A stretch of DNA of 64,000 nucleotides from an uncultured Gammaproteobacteria bacterium. Lineage in GTDB: Bacteria > Pseudomonadota > Gammaproteobacteria > DRLM01. Position 1 is the first letter of the stretch; every line of letters starts with the position of its first letter. Both the position numbers and the translations under genes were made by a program. The DNA lies in NCBI GenBank assembly GCA_963729605.1, contig CAVSNY010000002.1, positions 145,824 to 209,823 of the forward strand, given 5' to 3'. The notes beneath the pieces are model-generated. The model was not told where the DNA came from and ran no database searches. It saw only the letters and a program-made list of their open reading frames with translations. Below are positions 56,947 to 64,000 of the stretch, piece by piece.

Positions 56947-57873
56947 TCAGCCCAGCGTGGTGTCTAAAATCATCATCAGCGCGAAGCCGGCCATCAGGCC
57001 GAGGGTCGCCGGGGTCTGATGGCCGTTGCGGTGGGTCTCGGGGATCACCTCGTGCGAGACCACGAAAATCATCGCGCCGGCGGCGAGGCCGAGGCCGATC
57101 GGATACGCGATGGCCAGTCCGCTGGAGAGCCCCACCCCCAGCAGCGCGCCGAGCGGTTCGAGCATGCCGCTGCCGGCGGCGATCAGCACGCTGGGCAAGG
57201 CGCCGAAACCCGCGCCGCGCAGCGCGAGGGCGACCGCGAGTCCTTCCGGAATGTCTTGCAGCGCGATGGCGGTGGTGAGCGGCAGGCCCACGCTCAGGTC
57301 GGCTTCCGCGAAGCTGACGCCGATCGCCATGCCCTCGGGCAGATTATGCAGCGCGATGGCGAATACGAACAACCATACCCGGCCGCAGCGTTCGTGACCG
57401 GGGCCGCAGGGGCCGGTCTTGTCGTGTTCGTGCGGCGTGAATTCGTCGAGGCCCAGCATCAGCATGACGCCGATGGCCATGCCGAACACCACCACCGCCG
57501 CGCCCAGGCCCTTGTTGTCGGTAATCTGCGTGCCCGCTTCCAGGCCGGGCAGCAGCAGCGAGAAGGCGCTCGCCGCCAGCATCATGCCGGCGGCGAGGCC
57601 GAGCAGGCTGTCTTCGACGCGCTGGGGAATGCGGCGCAACATCAGGGCAGGCAGGGCGCCGAGGGTGGTGGTGGCGAAACCCGCCAGACCGCCGAGCAGC
57701 GCATACCTCACCGCCGCATCGGCCTCGCCCGACCATATCAACACGAGGCTTTGCAGCAGCAGGCCCAGCATGGTGACCAGGGCGATGCCGAGACCGGTCG
57801 CGATCAGAGGATGGTCGCCGGCATGCCTGCGCAGCAGGCCGAACCAGGTGGGCGGTGTGCGGGCGATTTCCAC
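56947..57873 (-). CDS. zupT: ZIP-family divalent metal transporter
   Basis: 308 aa and polytopic, with the HNLPEGMAIG and IPEGLAV motifs. Confidence 0.8.
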   Translation of the reverse strand: MEIARTPPTWFGLLRRHAGDHPLIATGLGIALVTMLGLLLQSLVLIWSGEADAAVRYALLGGLAGFATTTLGALPALMLRRIPQRVEDSLLGLAAGMMLAASAFSLLLPGLEAGTQITDNKGLGAAVVVFGMAIGVMLMLGLDEFTPHEHDKTGPCGPGHERCGRVWLFVFAIALHNLPEGMAIGVSFAEADLSVGLPLTTAIALQDIPEGLAVALALRGAGFGALPSVLIAAGSGMLEPLGALLGVGLSSGLAIAYPIGLGLAAGAMIFVVSHEVIPETHRNGHQTPATLGLMAGFALMMILDTTLG

Positions 57874-58022
57874 GCCTTTGCTACCTCGTCATCGCGGCTG
57901 AAAAATCCGATTGCTTCAGTGTCGAGTGTACTCCCAAAGCCCGGCGGCCGCATGGGACTCATGAAAACCGGGGCGGAACGTCATCGTTGATTTCGCGCGC
58001 GGCCGGTCGGCGGCGGCCGCGC

Positions 58023-58901
58023 TTAATAGATTTTCTCGTCCCCCGCCGGACGGGTGCGAAAACGTTTATAGCCCCATTGATACTGTTGCGGAGAGCGGCG
58101 TATCAAGTCTTCAACCATCGCATTCATCACGCCCACGGAATTTTCGATGGGCGCTTGATTGATCGCCGGCGGGGCGGGAAAGAAATGCAGATGATAGCCG
58201 CGGCCACCCGGCAGGCGTTCGGCGTAGCCGAAGATCACCGCCGCGCCGGTTTTGATGGCGAGCCGCGACAGCAGCACCATGGTGTTGGCCGGCACGCCGA
58301 ACAGCGGCGCGAACACGCCGTTGCCGGCGCCGGGTTCCTGGTCGGGCAACATGCCCACCAATTCGCCGCGGCCCAGGGCTTGATACAGCGCCCGCACGCC
58401 GCCGGCATCGGCCGGCACCAGCTTGGCGCCGAGGCGTTCGCGGCCATGGCGCACCAGCGTATCCATTTCCGCCAAGCGCGGCGGCCGATACAGACTGGTC
58501 ATGGGATAGTGATGTGAGCAATACAGTCCGATCATTTCCCAGGCGCCCAGATGCGGCACGGCCAGGATGGCGCCCTTGCCGAGCGCGAGGGCGTTGCGCA
58601 GATGTTCTTCGCCGCTCACCGCGCGCACCAGTCGCAGCGTGCGTTCGCCGGGCCACAACCACAAGGCGCCGGCCTCGCACATGGTCTTGCCGGCCTCGAT
58701 GAGGCTGGCGTGGATCAGCCGCCGTTGTCGCGCGGCGCCGAGTTCCGGCCAGCACAGCGGCACGTTGATCGCGCTAATGCGGCGCAGTTGATTGGGCGCG
58801 ATCAGCAGGCCGCCGCCGATGATGACGCCCGCGGCGTGGGCGAGCGGCAGCGGCAGGGCGGCGAGGGCGCGCAGCAGCCGGCGGATTAGACGCGCGCGCA
58901 T
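58023..58901 (-). CDS. lysophospholipid/lipid A acyltransferase (LpxL/HtrB family)
   Basis: 292 aa with an N-terminal membrane anchor. It has the acyltransferase HX4D-like region (VPHLGAWEM) and family-typical PQQYQW near the C-terminus. Confidence 0.7.
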   Translation of the reverse strand: MRARLIRRLLRALAALPLPLAHAAGVIIGGGLLIAPNQLRRISAINVPLCWPELGAARQRRLIHASLIEAGKTMCEAGALWLWPGERTLRLVRAVSGEEHLRNALALGKGAILAVPHLGAWEMIGLYCSHHYPMTSLYRPPRLAEMDTLVRHGRERLGAKLVPADAGGVRALYQALGRGELVGMLPDQEPGAGNGVFAPLFGVPANTMVLLSRLAIKTGAAVIFGYAERLPGGRGYHLHFFPAPPAINQAPIENSVGVMNAMVEDLIRRSPQQYQWGYKRFRTRPAGDEKIY

Positions 58902-58904
58902 GGC

Positions 58905-59144
58905 TCAGTCACCGCCGGCGGACAAGTCGGCGGAGTAATCGGTGTCGAGTATGAGGCGGGCCTGCGCACTGTGTTCCGCGTCCACTTGCAATTTGATCCA
59001 GCCCACCGCGATGTTGTACAGCCAATCGGTCTGGCCGAGGTGTTCGTCCTTCAACCAACAGGCGATGCCTTCGGTTTCGAGGCGGCCCTTGGCGATGTGG
59101 GCGGCGGGCATATTGTCGAAGGTGGCGACGGTAACCAGTTTCAT
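58905..59144 (-). CDS. small DUF2007-like protein
   Basis: 79 aa beginning MKLVTVATFDNMPAAHIAKGRLETEGIACWLKDEHL. Its stop is 3 nt upstream of the acyltransferase start. Confidence 0.55.
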   Translation of the reverse strand: MKLVTVATFDNMPAAHIAKGRLETEGIACWLKDEHLGQTDWLYNIAVGWIKLQVDAEHSAQARLILDTDYSADLSAGGD

Positions 59145-59254
59145 GCGGGGAGTCCAGTCCGGGCGCTGTCTGCGCTAGGCCGCTATTCTAGCGTAGCGCT
59201 TCGCAATGGCTGGAATATTTGCTCCGCGATGAAAGACCAAACGGTTCCATCACT

Positions 59255-59276
59255 CCCCTCCTCAAACGAGGAGGGG
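59255..59276. repeat. REP-like hairpin
   Basis: cccctcctc-aaac-gaggagggg forms a 9-bp stem. Confidence 0.6.
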
Positions 59277-59367
59277 TGGCGCGCTAGCGCCGGGGTGGTT
59301 GGGTGCAAAGGCGCAGTGAGCAGACTACTCGGGCACGGCGCATAAACCACTCCGCCCCTCCGGGGCA

Positions 59368-59387
59368 CCCTCCTTGTACAAGGAGGG
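59368..59387. repeat. REP-like perfect palindrome related to 59255..59276
   Basis: ccctccttgtacaaggaggg is a 20-nt perfect palindrome. The flanks cactcc(g)cccctcc are shared with the first hairpin. Confidence 0.6.
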
Positions 59388-59546
59388 GAGATTTCTGTTC
59401 CTCAATATACGAAGCACTACACTAGCCGTTCCGGCCCCGACCCCACTCGCGTCCGGCGGGCATGCCGGACCGGGGCGTGGGTGATAGAATAGCCCCCTTT
59501 TTTGAATTGACGGCGGCCGCGCCGCCGCGCACGGGTGAAGAAAACG

Positions 59547-63212
<3,666 letters not shown>

Positions 63213-63217
63213 CTGCT

Positions 63218-63700
63218 ATGAGTCTCCCTGATTTAACTGAACTCACAATTGCCGATCTGCTTGCCACCCATAGCGCGGTGCTGGATGAGTTGCGGCATCG
63301 GAATGTGATTCGCTCAAAAAACAACCCGACAGGTGATTATGCGGAGTGGCTCGTTTCAACAAAGCTCGGTCTTATGCTCGAAACAAACTCCGCCAAGGGT
63401 TTTGATGCCAAAGATTCGCAGGGGCTGCGTTACCAGATTAAAGGGCGCCGAATAACTCCCGGAAACAAATCCACTCAGTTGGGCGTAATTAGGAATATCG
63501 ATGGCAAAGATTTTGATTTTCTAGTGGCTGTAGTTTTCGATGCAAAGTGGCAAGTATGCTATGCCGCAAAAATTCCTTATCAAACCGTTCCTTTGTTAGC
63601 CACATATCGCGCACACGTAAACGGTCATACAATGCATTTGCGCCCCGCCGTTTTTGATATGCCGAACGTTGAGGACGTTTCCCATAAACTGCGTAGCTGA
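63218..63700 (+). CDS. hypothetical protein, possibly PD-(D/E)xK nuclease-like; low G+C
   Basis: 160 aa from ATG 63218. It carries a candidate nuclease-fold motif, GFDAKD...RYQIKGRR. G+C is visibly lower than in metH. Confidence 0.5.
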   Translation: MSLPDLTELTIADLLATHSAVLDELRHRNVIRSKNNPTGDYAEWLVSTKLGLMLETNSAKGFDAKDSQGLRYQIKGRRITPGNKSTQLGVIRNIDGKDFDFLVAVVFDAKWQVCYAAKIPYQTVPLLATYRAHVNGHTMHLRPAVFDMPNVEDVSHKLRS

Positions 63701-63810
63701 CTCATCGCGTGTTCAAGCAATAAGTTCGCCGCCATTTGGCTCCGCGTTAGACATCATGGCCATTCCTATCGTACTTCTCCTTTTAAACGGATAGCGATTC
63801 ACGCGCACAC

Positions 63811-63845
63811 AAAAAAAGACACCCCGCCATTGCCGGCGAGGTGTC
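63811..63845 (-). terminator. rho-independent terminator of the minus-strand gene to the right
   Basis: On the minus strand it reads gacacctcgcc-ggcaat-ggcggggtgtc followed by ttttttt. Confidence 0.75.
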
Positions 63846-63888
63846 CGTTTCTCAAAAGACCTACTGAAAGTTTAGATCGGCAACACGA

Positions 63889-64000
63889 TCACGCCCGTTG
63901 ATTTAAAGCCTTGCTGACCCGGCTGGCGTAGTCCGCGTCCACTTTGGCGAATTGGGCCAGCATCCGTTCTTGCGCCGACTTGGAGGCGTGGATCAAACCG
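63889..64000 (-). CDS. 3' end of a probable monofunctional catalase; the 5' part is outside the window
   Basis: The reverse translation ..LIHASKSAQERMLAQFAKVDADYASRVSKALNQRA* resembles the conserved C-terminal pattern of small-subunit catalases (..iq.R....F.kaDp.YG.rVa..L). Only 37 codons are visible. Confidence 0.45.
   Translation of the reverse strand, partial: GLIHASKSAQERMLAQFAKVDADYASRVSKALNQRA

Noticed and set aside
59145-59546. Possible cobalamin or SAM riboswitch in the 400-bp metH leader
   Set aside because: I could not find the B12-box core (gccactg-like) or other riboswitch signatures. The region is better explained by REP-like hairpins. A covariance-model scan would be decisive.

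Overview
This is a high-G+C proteobacterial chromosome segment. Gene content resembles a sulfur-oxidising chemolithoautotroph, but I cannot name the organism from sequence alone.

Left third: periplasmic TPR and TlpA-like genes, a PAP2 phosphatase and phosphoribulokinase. Next is an assimilatory sulfur cluster (cysH, a sulfite reductase fused to a TusA-like domain, a frameshifted TauE/SafE exporter, cysB). Then comes the conserved housekeeping block topA-smg-dprA-LysM / def-fmt-rsmB-DUF4390-ntrY-ntrX-trkA-trkH(x2), followed by a methyltransferase, dedA and mazG.

Centre: a complete alpha-carboxysome locus. It comprises csoS1D, divergent cbbR, cbbL-cbbS-csoS2-csoSCA-csoS4A-csoS4B, three near-identical csoS1 copies, a ferritin-like gene, acRAF and mcdA-mcdB.

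Three different putative inorganic-carbon uptake modules follow directly:
- SbtA/SbtB-like genes, tightly linked to a class II aldolase-like protein that has lost all Zn-ligand histidines.
- DabB, a truncated antiporter-like membrane protein, DabA and a P-II-like protein.
- A lower-GC SulP-STAS transporter with an extra uncharacterised C-terminal domain.

Right end: HPP, dps, zupT, an lpxL-like acyltransferase, a DUF2007-like gene, metH, a low-GC nuclease-like orphan and the 3' end of a catalase.

A structured intergenic repeat family of about 125 bp occurs three times. A truncated, frameshifted second copy of the carboxysome ferritin-like gene marks a rearrangement scar. Many long ORFs in the track are antisense shadows typical of high-GC DNA and are rejected. 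All functional calls rest on my recognition of motifs and synteny; no database search was run.
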